A stretch of DNA of 62,000 bases from Vicugna vicugna (Eukaryota). The notes beneath the pieces are model-generated. The model was given only the letters and a program-made list of their open reading frames with translations, made no database searches and had not been told where the DNA came from. How positions within the stretch are numbered: the stretch's first letter is position 1; each line of letters starts with the position of its first letter. The translations under genes were made by a program, and so were the position numbers. The DNA lies in contig MU058584.1 in assembly GCA_013265495.1 (NCBI GenBank), forward strand, positions 1,896,616 through 1,958,615, in the 5' to 3' direction. Shown here piece by piece: positions 25,280-37,490 of this stretch.

Positions 25280-26040
25280 GTGTAGCACAGAACAGCAAAA
25301 TGGACTCTTTGGGGCATTCGGCATTTATGTCCCCCGGGAAAAAGAGCAGCAACAGACGCGGGCTATCTGGCCTTTTAATGGAAATTGACTAAAAAGCAAA
25401 TTGTTTCTTAGAGCCCTCGATTAGCCTCCATTTTTATGCCTTCTCTGAAGCTCTTGGTGGCCATGAATGAATCAATCAGGCATTGTATGGACCCCAAACA
25501 ATGTTAGATTCTGTCAGAGCAGAACACATTTGGGCAGAGGTAAACACAATTCTTTGTAAAGTTAATTCCAGTTTAAGAAGCAAGTGTTCACAAGGACCAC
25601 AGTCCCCACAGTTAGGCCTTCAGAGGTGTCACAGACCTTCACATCATATCAGCACGTGAGTTCCAACGTGCCTCTGTGAGGCGAGGGAGCAGCGGAGTCC
25701 CCAGGAAAGGTCTAAAGAACAGAAACGGCTAAAATGGGGCAAATTGCAGCTTTGTGTTTTGCGACAATATTGTCTCTTTTGCAGTAAATGTAGAAATAAA
25801 CTTTGCAATTGGGAAATTGAACTCTGAAATGATTCTTCCATTAATTATTCTTCCAGCTTAAATGCGTGTGAGTTTTTAAGTAATCAATGGGCACTTAACA
25901 AGCACAAAGCCATTACTTTTAATAGAACCATTAGTGTATTTTTTTTCCACAAAATGGTGGTTATTGAATCTGTACTGCCCATGAATTAAAATGCCAGATT
26001 TCATTATGACTATTCTCTAGGAATGTTTAATGAGTACGTT
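25280..26040. promoter_or_regulatory. Candidate conserved enhancer block
   Basis: Repeat-free; ATCAATCA 25471-25478, AACAATG 25497-25503, CTGTCA 25511-25516, GTAAACA 25540-25546, many TAAT cores. Confidence 0.5.
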
Positions 26041-26409
26041 ATATTCTACAGTGTATGTAGCAACGCTATTTTATAAACCACAGCATATACCCATATTCAT
26101 TTTCTCTGTGTGTTTGTGTCTATATATATATATGGTTAACACATCCTTCAAATATTTCTGATCCAATGATCATTAAACTTATCTCAATTTATTCATGCTA
26201 TTCAGGCTGACAAACATATATGTTACTTTTTCACATTTAATGTTGGAAATATCAGCCTCATGATACATTAACTCTGATTTTATCCTTTTAATCTATAGTC
26301 CAGTCATTTCAATTGATTTTTTAAAGATGTACAACCAAAAAAAAGAAACTCACTTTCTTTGGAAGCAACTCATTACTAGCTGCTAGGGTATAGAGATGGT
26401 TTACTTTTG

Positions 26410-26525
26410 GAAATAAAAACATATAAACAAATAAAGACAATAAATAAAGACATATAAACAAATGATGACAAATAAAAACAAATAAAGACAAACTACAGAT
26501 CCAGCAAATATGATACAAATAAATT
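26410..26525. repeat. A-rich degenerate tandem repeat
   Basis: Recurrent aaataaagaca (3 copies) and catataaacaaat (2 copies). Confidence 0.7.
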
Positions 26526-29299
26526 CTAAATACGTAGCATGTGAGCGCTAACCATCGGATACAAAGCCGAGGTTATGAGAGTCCCATTAAGCAGCCTGGT
26601 GACACAAAGATGAAATTACAAAAAAGAATCTACTGGTCGGTTTTTCAGATTTCCACATTTCTTTGTTTCCAAGAAGCTAATATGCTCACCTTACCTCATT
26701 GGGTAAAAGGAAAAACTTGAGCACAAAAAGAATAATGAACTTGTGACCACTGAAAAAGGTCATAAAGATGGAGTGAGGGAGGTGGTCAAGAACTACGCTG
26801 TGTTCACTCTGGAATTTGGACATATTGAGGCATGTCTTATGGGAATGGACTTCTAGAGGAATTGTGTGCATTAACTCCAGAAAAAAAAAGAAAAAACAGC
26901 TGGGAAAGACTTCCTCCAAAGCAGAGAGTAAGGCACACAAGCTTGGGCCAATTATGATACCTGACTGTCCCTAGGGGAGCAGGATTTTGTGCCCATGATG
27001 CCTGTCACCTAATTTGACCTTTGGCCCAAGGCCTTATGAAGTCACAGCTGAGCTCTATGAAAAGAGGACTGGGAGTCCAACTTGCTTCTTAAAAACTTCC
27101 CTCTGTATACAGCACCACAGAGCAGCACTATTCTGTCACCTTGTCATTTGATTTGTTTTAAAACACAAAGGAAGAGTTCTCCCCTACTTGGATGAGCACG
27201 TGTCAAGGTCACCACGCCCTCATGAATGCCAGCAATGTTACTGGGCTTAAACATGGTGCCTGGGGCATACTGGAATCCAGTGTGTCGTGGGCACAGCACA
27301 ACTTTGGTGGGTATCAGCAGAAGGCACCACACCTGGATATCACAGGTGACAAAGGAAGTAGAAAAAGCCAAAGCAATAAAAGCGAACAATAGCAGTGGTC
27401 ACGTGATAGCTAAAGGGGCTGCCTTCATGGCAAGCGCAAAATTCCTTTACTTTCTCTCCTTAAGAATTCCAAGAAAAAACCTGCAGAGACTTCACTGTGG
27501 ATCAAAGCCCTCACCTCAGCAGAAGGAAGTAGCACCTGGGAGTACTTGTTGTACAATTAGTGGCCTTCTTTCATCCTTGTTTATCACGCCCATTCTATTA
27601 TGGTAGGAGAAACATAGATATAGAGAACACACAAAAGGGTAGACCGTGGCCATGTGCACAGATCGTATATAATGAGCTTGGCACTGCCTTCAAAAGCCAG
27701 CTAGGCAAATGTCCATGAAGCCAGGGCCCAAGCCAAGTTTTCCAGTATGAACCACATACCCCAAGATGAGCCTGATGAGAGCTGATTGACTCCACAAGGA
27801 CGAAATGGTCAATGGGTCAAAAGCAAAGAAAGAAAAGGCATTTCATGGTATAGTACCTGCTGGCAGAGTCACGGTCAGTCACCTACCAGGAAGGGAGGAT
27901 GGGATCTGGGCATGGCTGAACCAAAGGTAGATAAGGAACAGTACCCAGGGTGAGGAATGTGTCCCAGGGATGGAAAAGCCAAGTTAAGGACATGCTGAAG
28001 CAACAAAAAAGAGCAGAAAGCTTTAAGAATTGAAGTAGCTGAAGCTAGATGAGATTAAAAAACAAAAGTATTCAATTCAATTAATTAATTAGTGTTGACT
28101 TGCTACCTCAGCACTCAGCATTGACTTGGGAGCTTCTGATACGCAATCAACGTTGAGAACTAAGAAACTACAACCAGGGGGCTTCCCAGGCTAGTGTCAA
28201 GAGAGAATTTAGGTGGATTCGAGTCCCTTTTCCACTTCCTACTCCCTGTGTGATAGCTGGTCTGTAATCTCCGTGAGTCTATGTTTCTATGAGGCGTTCT
28301 CACCACTGTGTCTATTTCCCCGATCCTAACGTTCCGACAGGGTGTAACAGGAGCCTTCTGGTGGGAAAGCGCTACTACCGCATTGAATGTTTTAGATCTA
28401 TTGTCAAGTAGGTCACATTTTCAGAAATATTTACCCAGGCATCTTAGCACCGAAAATACCTAGTAAGCACTCAAAACTACTTTTGGAATAAATGAGTGAA
28501 CTCACCCTGAGCTCTAGTTTCTTTATCGGCACAACGGTGATAACACCACTATTGTTATCATGATAAAATGAGATGTATGTATGCAAAGTGCTCAGCACAA
28601 TGCCCGGAACCTTAGAAATAGTCTTTTGGCAGTCTCCCTGTCCTATCTGGAAAGACTGGAGAGTTAGAACACAAAATGGTTTGTCAGTTTTAAATGAAAA
28701 GTTACAATAGAATATGCTCCTGCGGGGAGCAGTGAAGTTATGCTGAAGGATATCAGAAAAGAGACAAAGTGAGTGCCTTAAAAACGCTAAAAACCTAAAG
28801 GGGGCTTGCTGAAGTCTCAGGACAGGGCAGAAGAGCCAAGACAGGCACTCCAGGAACTCCTGGTCTTACACTGATATAGCAGCTGCTATCACTGGGGAAG
28901 GGACAGGAGAGCATGCAGGCCTTACTGAATTCTGAAAGCCAAGAAATTCCTCTGAAAACTCTGGGTCATAAACTGAATATGAGGTAGAAGGCACCTGTGT
29001 CTGTAAAAGAGACAGGAGAGCTGAGAGAGACTCCCCCATCTCCACCCAGAGGCAGAAGTGCGCTGAAGGCATGGCAGGAGAACAGAGACAGCCCTTCTGG
29101 AGCTCAGATCCGTGCTAATGGAAAGATTCTTTCCAACCCTCAAATTATTTGACGCTGTGGTGTAACGAATCTAACGCACGCAACCACAAAGTGCACGCGC
29201 AGGCCAACCGCAGACTGGACTGACTCAACTCTCACTCAACCCCCAGCAACCCCCTTTTCTAAGATTAAACATTATTTACTTTAGTTTCTGTGTTTCTTT

Positions 29300-29690
29300 T
29301 ACACGCAATTTCTGGCATTTAATCATAAATCTCTAGACATGCGAAGAAGCAAGAAAATGTGGCCAATTGCCAAGAAAGGAAATGGTCAATAGAACCAGAC
29401 CCAGAAATTGCCCAGATGCTGGAATTATCAACACAGACTTTAATGTATCTATGCTAAAAATGTCAAAGAATCTAGTGGGAAAAGTCACATGAACATATGA
29501 AGAATTTCAGCAAAGGGCTATAAACTATGAAAATAGCCAAATGGAAATCCTAGAAGCAAACAAAATCCTATCAGAGATTAAGAACCCTTTCAATGTGCTT
29601 ATCAGCAGGACAGACTCAGCAGAGGAAAATCAAAATAGGTCCAATAAATATCTAAAGTAAGGCAAACAAAATAAGCCGAGTAGAGATGAA
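29300..29690 (+). mobile_element. Old L1M ORF1-region fragment
   Basis: tcaatagaaccagacccagaaattgcccagatgctggaattatca...caaatggaaatcctagaa, typical of old L1 ORF1 5' part. Confidence 0.7.
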
Positions 29691-30762
29691 AATAACCAGT
29701 TTCCACTGAGTAGACAGCTAAGTGATGTGTTGACTGAGTTATGTCGATGTCCCAGTTTGTTTTACCTGAAATAGTAGCTGTCATGATGCATCTTAGGTGT
29801 CCTTCATTGTAATTCATGCCCCATGAGGAGAAACCACCTCTTGTTGGGACGAGAAAGAAGAAACAAGGGACATAGAAGGTTTCAAGAAAAAAATAGAATG
29901 TGGGTTGAGTGCTCAAAATAGAGATAAGATGGTAGGCTTTTCAGGTAATGAGAACAAGGATGAGCAATTAAAAGCAAGACAGGTAAGTGCAGGATAAGTT
30001 ACAAAATGCCAGAAAGGGTTGTGAAAGTCATGCTGAGAAAACATAAACAAGAGAGTCTGCCTTATTATAGACAAGAATAGGACTTTCCAATAAACCTCTG
30101 ATACTTGTTTCTTCATCTACCCACAGTAATTAATACTGTGGCTGTGGAAAATAGGCACTAAATAAATCTTGATTAAAGAAGAAGAAATACGTAACTGAGG
30201 GAATGAATGAATGAGGAATGAAAGTAGTTGTCGGCACATTTTTAAAAGCTGGTGACAGTGGCATCCCTATCTGTGCACTTTCATCTGAATCTCTTGGATC
30301 AAGAGTCACAGCTCAGGAAGAAAGGGGCACAGGAGGTCTTAGGCATGAGATAGTGACCACTGAAGTCAGAGCCCTCAAGGTATCACAAAAAGTTAACCAA
30401 GGAGAAAATGATGCCCCTTTTCCAAAACTATAACTGTGCCTCTTGCCCAACACAAGTGACCCTGTCCTGTCCTAGGCTTTCTTCCAACAACCACCCCTCC
30501 AGATTCATGAATCCCGACGTTGTGCCAGGCATGGATCAAGATACTGGTGGTTATACTTGTAAATGAGATGGGTTCTGATTCTGCCCTCATGAAGCTCACA
30601 GACTAGTGGAAGTTTGAAATGCTGCACAGGGCAGACTGGAGCCCACGTGGGTTCTGAGATTCAGTGATTCAGCCTTCTGGACTCTCAAGGGCTGCATTAA
30701 CTGGCTTTGGTCTTCAGATCCTTAACCTATGTCTCCTCTCTCCTCACTGACAAGCTATAAAG

Positions 30763-31975
30763 CAGGGCTACTAATAGAAATATAATATAAGCCACAAATA
30801 TGAGTCATGTGTAATTTTAAATTTTCACATTTAAAAAGTTGTGGTGTATATAGACAATGGAATATTACTCAGCCATAAAAAAGAATAAAATGATGCCATT
30901 GGCAGCAACGTGTATGAATCTGGAGGTCATCATACTAAATGAAGTAAGCCAGAAAGAGAAAGAAAAATATCATATGAGATCACTCATATGTGGAAGCTAA
31001 AAAAAAATGGACATAAATACAAAACAGAAACAGACTCATAGACATGCAATGCAAACTTGAGATTTCCAAGGGGGTGGGGGGCGGGAAGGGACAAACTGGG
31101 ATTTGAAAATGCAGAATAGATAAACAAGATTATACTGTGTAGCACAGGGAAATATATACAAGATCTTGTGATAGCCCACAGCGAAAAAAAATGTGACAAT
31201 GAATATATGTATATTCATGTATAACTGAAAAATTGTGCTCTACACTGGAATTTGACACAACATTGTAAAATGACTGTAACTAAATTAAAAAATGTAAAAA
31301 AAATAAAAGAGGAAGAGAAAGAAAAGTACCATATGATATCATTTATATGTGGAATCCGAAAAAAAAGGGGTGGGGAGTACACAAATGAACTTATTTACAA
31401 AACAGAGACCGACTTACAGACATAGAAAACAAACTTATTGTTGTCAGGGGGGTAAGGGAGTAGGGAGGGTTAAGTTGGGAGTTCAGGATTTGTAGATACT
31501 AACTACTATATATAAAACAGATTTAAAATAGTTAAACAACAAGGTCCTACTGTATAGTACAAGGAACTATATTCAACACCTTGTAGTAACCTATAATGAA
31601 AAAGAATATGAAAAGGAATATGTGTATATATATATATATGAGTCATTATGCTGTACACAGAAATTAACACATTGTAAATTTGCTACACTTCAATAAAAAT
31701 AAAAATAAAATTTTAATTAAAAAAGTAATATGAAACAGATTAAATTAATTTTAGTAATACATTTGACCCAACATATTCAAAATATTACCATTTCAATATG
31801 AAATCAATAGGAAATATATTAGTGAGATGTGTTATAATCTTTGCTTTCACATTTAGTCTTTGAAATCCAGTATATTGTGGACATTTACAGCTCGTCTCTG
31901 TTCTCACTGGCCACGTTCCAATTGTTTAGAACCACATGTGACTGTAACCGTAGGGCCTGTCCTGTGTCACGAGTA
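30763..31975. mobile_element. MER33-like hAT element split by two L1 3' ends
   Basis: Left part aatagaaatataatataagccaca...; right part aattttagtaatacatttgacccaacatattcaaaatattaccatttcaa...ctggccacgttccaa...ccacatgtg. Confidence 0.75.
30840..31716 (+). mobile_element. Two head-to-tail L1 3' ends (~30840-31308 and ~31310-31716)
   Basis: Two successive 3'UTRs, each with gtggaa..., a G-rich tract and an A-rich tail; flanks ttaaaaagt / ttaaaaaagt. Confidence 0.88.
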
Positions 31976-33214
31976 GAGAAGTATGCCTTATGAAAGAGAG
32001 GGCACTGTGGGAGAAGCTTTGAAAAGTAGGTATAAGGATAGACAGAAAACAAGCCCTAAAAACATGAGAAACAGTACCTGACAAAGAAGAATCAAAACTA
32101 TCTAAAATCTGAAAAGAAAGAGAGGACACGGGGAAATTTGAAACACCTGCCAATGATCTTGCTCAGGACCAAGTATCAGTGACTAACCTGGGAGTTAGAG
32201 TTGGAGACTCCGAGCTGCATTCTTGTTTCACCACCTTCTAGCTGAGTGACTCCAAGCATGTCATTTTGCCTCAACTTTTTCACTTGAAAATATGAATAAT
32301 AATGTGACCTGAGTTCACACAGGTCTCACCAGCCTAATAAATATTGAAAAAACTTACTTCAATGGCAACAATGCAAAGTTTTCAAGTTCTTAACTCCTCC
32401 TCAAAGGCAGGACCCATAATCTTTCCAATCTGGTTTTTTCCATCCCCTACGAAATATTTTTCAGGAGCCTCTAAGGGATGTCTTCACATAAAGAGAATCT
32501 AATCCACCAGGTGCTGGGACTCCCCTGCCAGGCAAGTCCTGACTCCTGCAAGGCATTACCCTACTCAGGCTGAATTTCATGGATTATTAAAATAGGTGCT
32601 CTTCTCTTTCATGACAAATAGGAGTAAGTCAGATAAAGTGTGGTAAATTAGTCCTCAAAGCAGTATGAACCAAATTAATGGACTGTTTTAAGTTCTGTAT
32701 GAAACAAACATAAGACTAATGACACAGCTGCCATCACCCCAGGAACAAATTCTCTTTTTCTCCATGAAGACCTAGTATGACTGAAAATGGGTGAAACCCT
32801 GCTGTGATGAAGTCAGAGGTCAGATAGCCAAATATAAGTATATTTCCCTGAAACCTACTGTGAAAGGCAGTAGAGCATTCTAACATTCATATGTTTTTGG
32901 CATTTTTATCTCAAGCTGTGGGTTGATTTTTCCTCGGATGCTAAAAGCCTAAGAGTAAACGGTTAAGAACCCAGAAAGAACTAAACAAGTCAGTTCAAGA
33001 GCCTGCCTTCGTTAAAAAGCATAAGGAAGACCCCTCAATGAAAAAGTGCTTTATCAGGGGTCACTAATGTCTAAGAACCCACGTGAAGAGTCAATCCTTT
33101 GAACAAAGATGTTGTACTCTGTTCAACTGCAAATATTCTGAGCAATGTAGCCTCAAAATGCTGTCAGATACTTATGCCTCAGGCAGAATAAATATTAAAT
33201 CTTCTTTTTTTTCA

Positions 33215-33731
33215 CTTAGCTTATGTTTCCTCAAATGCAGAGGCTGAGAAAAAGACTGACAAATAAGTAATTTATTTGGGAAGTAATACCCTGAGGGGGA
33301 AAATAGTTAAGGCAAGTAAAACAGGGAAAGTGGAAAAAGCCAATACAACAACTTAAGTTGAGCGCAGGGACGGGCAGCTGATGTTCAATCCCACAGGACT
33401 TCCTGATGACTATCACGAAGTGAGTGTCAAAGCTACACCCTCTGGATTTGGTGAGAAGACACATGTATCCATTGGCTCCTCCTCCTTTTTGAAGGTGGCT
33501 TCATGGATGAAAACGTCAAGTAGATTTCAACAGGTGTCCCAGATTGTGGCATCAGTAAAACCTTGTGAAAGGTAGCAAGAGTTAATTAGTGTTGGCCCAA
33601 GTAGAAGTGTTACCAGGCTTCACCCATGCAAAGCTAGTCGAAGCCTCCGTGGAGGATGCCCCTGCAGCAATGGCTGAAATAAGAACTGAGACTGAGTAGA
33701 CTTGAATGGCACACAAAAGGTGTTCAATACA
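33215..33731 (-). mobile_element. ERV-L 3' LTR (LTR16-like)
   Basis: On minus strand the polypurine tract ggaggggtggac precedes TGTATTGAAC; plus strand gcagaggctgaga...taatttatttgggaag resembles a reversed LTR16-type 3' end. Confidence 0.7.
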
Positions 33732-34980
33732 GTCCACCCCTCCTATCACCTCGTTCTCTATTAAGTCTGAGATTTTAGTCCTATTTAAGGTAGTGAATAG
33801 CCACAGTTTCTGCATGTGCTAAAAACAAGATACTGGAACCAAAAGCAAGTCTTGAAGTGGTAATCGACGTTCACCATCCACCTCCAGCACAACCAATCCA
33901 AGATTTTCCTCACCATCAGCCAGCACTTCAGTTGATCTACACTGCTTGCCTGATGGAGTGACCCAGACCTTCATCCTTAAAGGATCTGCATCCCTAGCTG
34001 CCTTGCCCTTGTCAAGCAGTGGTTGTGACAGTTATCCATTCACCATTATCACTGGTCATGGAAGCACCAAGAGATGTCACCGTGACTCCTTAAATTCCAG
34101 ACATGCTTTTCTCTGAACTCTTTGTTTCAGCAGCTCTAACTCCTCGTGATAATTTGAATCAATCATCCCATCAGTATCATCAGTCTTTTCTTTGCCTCCT
34201 GGTACTCTGGCATTAGGTGCCCAAAATGAGCAGGTTGTAATTATAGCTTTAAGTTTAGAGAACTAGTATGTCTCCTGGTGGGACCTCCCCACCACTACCA
34301 TCATCCCCACTCCAGGAACCAGGAAGTTTTAATCGGGCACAGTCAGAGCTATGGAGACAGGAGGCACAAATCCCACAGGTAAGTCACTCGATGGGGGAGA
34401 GGAGGGTGGGTGATGAAAGAGGTACATTCTACTTCCACCTTTTGGTTTATAGACTCATGTATTGTGTCTATTGGGGAACTATATTAGTTTCCTAAGGCTG
34501 GTGTGACAAATTACCACAAACTGGATGACCTAAAATAATAGAAATGGATTCTCTCACAGTTCTGGATATTAGAAGTATGAATTCTCTGAAGACTCTACGG
34601 AAGGAGCATTTCTTGCCTCTTCCTGGTTTCTGGCGGTTGCCATCAATCCTTAACGTTCTTTGGCTTGTAGCTGCATCACTCCAATCTTTACCTCCTTCAT
34701 CCCTTGACTTTCTTCCTTGTGTTTCTCTGTGAGTCTGTGTCTAAATTTCCCTCTTCTCATGAATATTACCAGTTATTAGATTTAGGGGTCACCCCAATCC
34801 TGTAGGATCTCATTTTAAGTTGAGTACATCTACAAAGATCCTATTTCCAAATAAAGTCATATTCACAGATTCAAGGTGTACAGGAATTTCAGGAGAGGGG
34901 ACTATTCCACACAGAGCAGGGGTATATTACATGTATCAGCACAGATACAGCATCCCAGAGGGCGGTACTCCCACCCCTTA
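33732..34980 (-). mobile_element. Decayed ERV-L internal 3' part: integrase end, dUTPase-like region, PPT; split by MLT1
   Basis: Minus-strand RMKVWVTPSGKQCRSTEVLADGEENLGLVVLE and VNG*LSQP match the recalled HERV-L pol 3' end (MKVWVTPPGK..PAEVLAEG). Confidence 0.82.
34480..34918 (-). mobile_element. MLT1 (C/D-like) MaLR solo LTR nested in the ERV-L
   Basis: tattagtttcctaaggctg...aaattaccacaaactgg...tctctcacagttctgga...ctatttccaaataaagtcatattcacag. Confidence 0.88.
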
Positions 34981-34999
34981 GGGTTGTCCATGAGCTGGT

Positions 35000-35211
35000 G
35001 TCCTATGCTTTCCAGGATGGTTTAAAAGTCGTATATTAAGGATGATCAAACAAAAGGAAGCAAGGAGCTTGGGTCTCTGATGACAGTGGAACAGCCATGC
35101 CATCCTGAATCTGCAGCTCTGGACTTCTTTTACGTTAACATCTCTATTATACTTAAGCAACATATTTGGTTTTAATGTTTTATGAAGCCAAACCTAATCC
35201 TCACCAGCACA
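35000..35211 (+). mobile_element. Old MLT1 LTR 3' part
   Basis: aaggagcttgggtctctgatgacagtggaacagcc...tgaagccaaacctaatcct...aca. Confidence 0.7.
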
Positions 35212-35534
35212 AACTGAGATCCCATTCTCTAAAATTTATAATCTTACCGAGAAGACAGATACGCGTATTTTCGAAAAGGAAAAAGAGAGGGAGAGAAGAG
35301 TTACATTCTAAGCTCTGTGGCTCTGATGATATGAGCAAGAGGAGATCAGAGAAGTCAACAATCTACACAGGTGGAAACAGTTTTCCAGCCAAAGATTAAA
35401 CCTGAACTAGGTCTTAGAAGAAGCAGAGGATTTGGACAAAGGAAAAGGAGAAATGGATCTCTCAACATGTCAACCAAATAAAGGGTAAAGGAAAGATTCA
35501 GAAGTAAAGAAAGAAACAGCAAAACAAATTTAGG

Positions 35535-35635
35535 GGGTTGGGGGATATAGCTCAGCGGTAGAGTGCATGCGCAAAGTCCTGGGTTCAATCCCCAGTACCT
35601 CCATTAACAAAATGAAAATCTTTTTAATTAAAAAA
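35535..35635 (+). mobile_element. tRNA-derived camelid-type SINE with a short internal deletion
   Basis: tagctcagcggtagagtgcatgc...ctgggttcaatccccagtacctcc and A tail; degenerate TSD aaaacaaatttagg / aaagcaaattcagg. Confidence 0.85.
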
Positions 35636-36184
35636 AAGCAAATTCAGGAGTATATATGAGAGATATCCCTGTAGGGAGAAAGAAGACTGGGTTTTCAAGC
35701 GTGACAAAAGAATCTGCTCTCCAGTTAATGTGATGAAAAGAATAACAAAGAATGAAAGGCAATTTATGGTTCTTTTAAGAAATGTTTAGTCTGGTCATAG
35801 CAGTAGAAATGGTTAATCTTTCTTGTACTCAAGTCCCTGATAATTATTAATAACTTGTCATAGTGGGAGAGAAATGCTAAGGGAAAAAAAATGTGATGAA
35901 ATCTCAAAAATATGGGCAAAATAAGCATAAGAGAATAGAATGTAAACAGAACGTTTTTTATGGACGTATGAAAAACATATTTATATGAAAGGAATTTGTT
36001 GCAGTCAAAGGAATTCTCTTTCTCTTTTTTTGTGCTTTTTTTTTTTTCACTCTTCTGGCATTTTAGCTGCTTCTTCAAAAGAAACCAAATCTGGAAAAAT
36101 GATGCTTAGCTAGGACTGACTCGTTGGTTTCAGCTAACTTGCTTTGTAGAGTGTCAAACTCACAGAAATAGTATGTGCACTGAT

Positions 36185-36570
36185 ACAGCTTTTTAGTTGT
36201 AAGTAATAAAATCCAATTCAAGTTAGCGTAACCAAGAAAGGTGAATTGACTAAATGAATTCAGCTCACTCATGCAATTTGAGGGATGGATTAGAGCAGGG
36301 ACTCATGGAAGCACTGCAACAAAGAAGCTTAAAGCATTCAGAATCCTCTCTCCTTGTCTGCCTTGTCTCTAATCCTTCCCACACATCTGCTGCTTCTTTT
36401 TCTCATTACAGACAGACTTTCTTGGCCTCTCACTCCGTGGACCAGGCAGATCTTCCCTCATCTTCCTGCTCCTGCTCTGGCTCTGGATACGATTCCAAGC
36501 TGAAAGGCGTTCTGCTATTCTCTATTCTGAATCTCCAGAAGAGAAAATGGCTCAACCTGGTCCAGCAAGG
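36185..36570 (-). mobile_element. Old MLT1 (J/K/L-like) LTR
   Basis: tttagttgtaagtaataaaatccaattcaagttagc...ggatggattagagcagggactca. Confidence 0.6.
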
Positions 36571-36574
36571 CCTA

Positions 36575-36985
36575 TAAGACCTTGAGTAATATGGCCCTCC
36601 CTTTGCTCCAACTTGGCATCCTGTCCCCCTCCAATTCATCCATGATCCCACTGGCCCTTTGCAGGTCTTAGAAAATGCACGTTCTCTCTCTCTCCAGACA
36701 CTTGGCTCCTGCTCATCTCTTTGACAAGACCATTCTCCCTCCAGGTATGGGCATGATGGGCTCCTTTTCAGTCACATCTTTCCTTAGATGTCATTGCCTG
36801 CCTGGAACATCCTACCTAAAATGGGAATTCCTGGCTCATCCCCTCTGTTTATTCTCTATCACAAGACCTTAATTAATTTCCATTTTAATACTCATCACAA
36901 TCCAGTTACTTCCTTTCCTGTTTGTGTACTTGGGTAATGCCCATCTACCCTAACTGACCATAAGGAACAGACCATGAACACCAGT
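36575..36985 (+). mobile_element. L2 3' region
   Basis: cccactggccctttgcaggtcttagaaaatgc...tctctgtttattctctatcaca. Confidence 0.65.
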
Positions 36986-37059
36986 AGTTGCCAAAGCATC
37001 ATCCATCTTCCTGACTGGCTTACTAATAATTCCCTGATTTCTTTTTTTTTTTTCAGGTA

Positions 37060-37490
37060 CATAGCCCTCCTCCAAATTTCCATGTGCCTCAGCAGACGTG
37101 GCTTACCCCCAGGTCCAGAAGTGGCTCTGATTGGTCTAAGAGCAATCTCATCCCCCTGGCCAATGTTTGCCTCCGGAATGGGATGTGATTCTGTTCTTTT
37201 CAATGAGACACGAGCGAGAGTCCACTGAAGGGACTGTGGGAAAAGAATCCTCACTCCAAAGCCAGAGCCTGGAACAGCCGCAGCCACCTTGCTTACAGCC
37301 TGAGGATGCAGCCGGTCTAAGTAAGGACGGCAGAGCAGAGATGGAAAAAACCTAGACCTTGATGAAGCCTCTGGGCCACACAATGAGTAAACCCTAAAGT
37401 TGGCCTTCCCACAGAAGTCTAGTTCTATGAGATTACATATACACTTAGGTCTGATCTACATTAAGACGTGATTCCAGTTACTTAGCTAGT
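37060..37490 (+). mobile_element. Old MLT1 (K/L-like) LTR
   Basis: ggctctgattggtctaagagcaatc...caatgagacacgag...gcctggaacagccgcagccaccttg. Confidence 0.65.

Noticed and set aside
36895..37383. 162-aa minus-strand ORF
   Set aside because: Spans an MLT1 LTR and L2 junction including a poly(A)-derived Lys run
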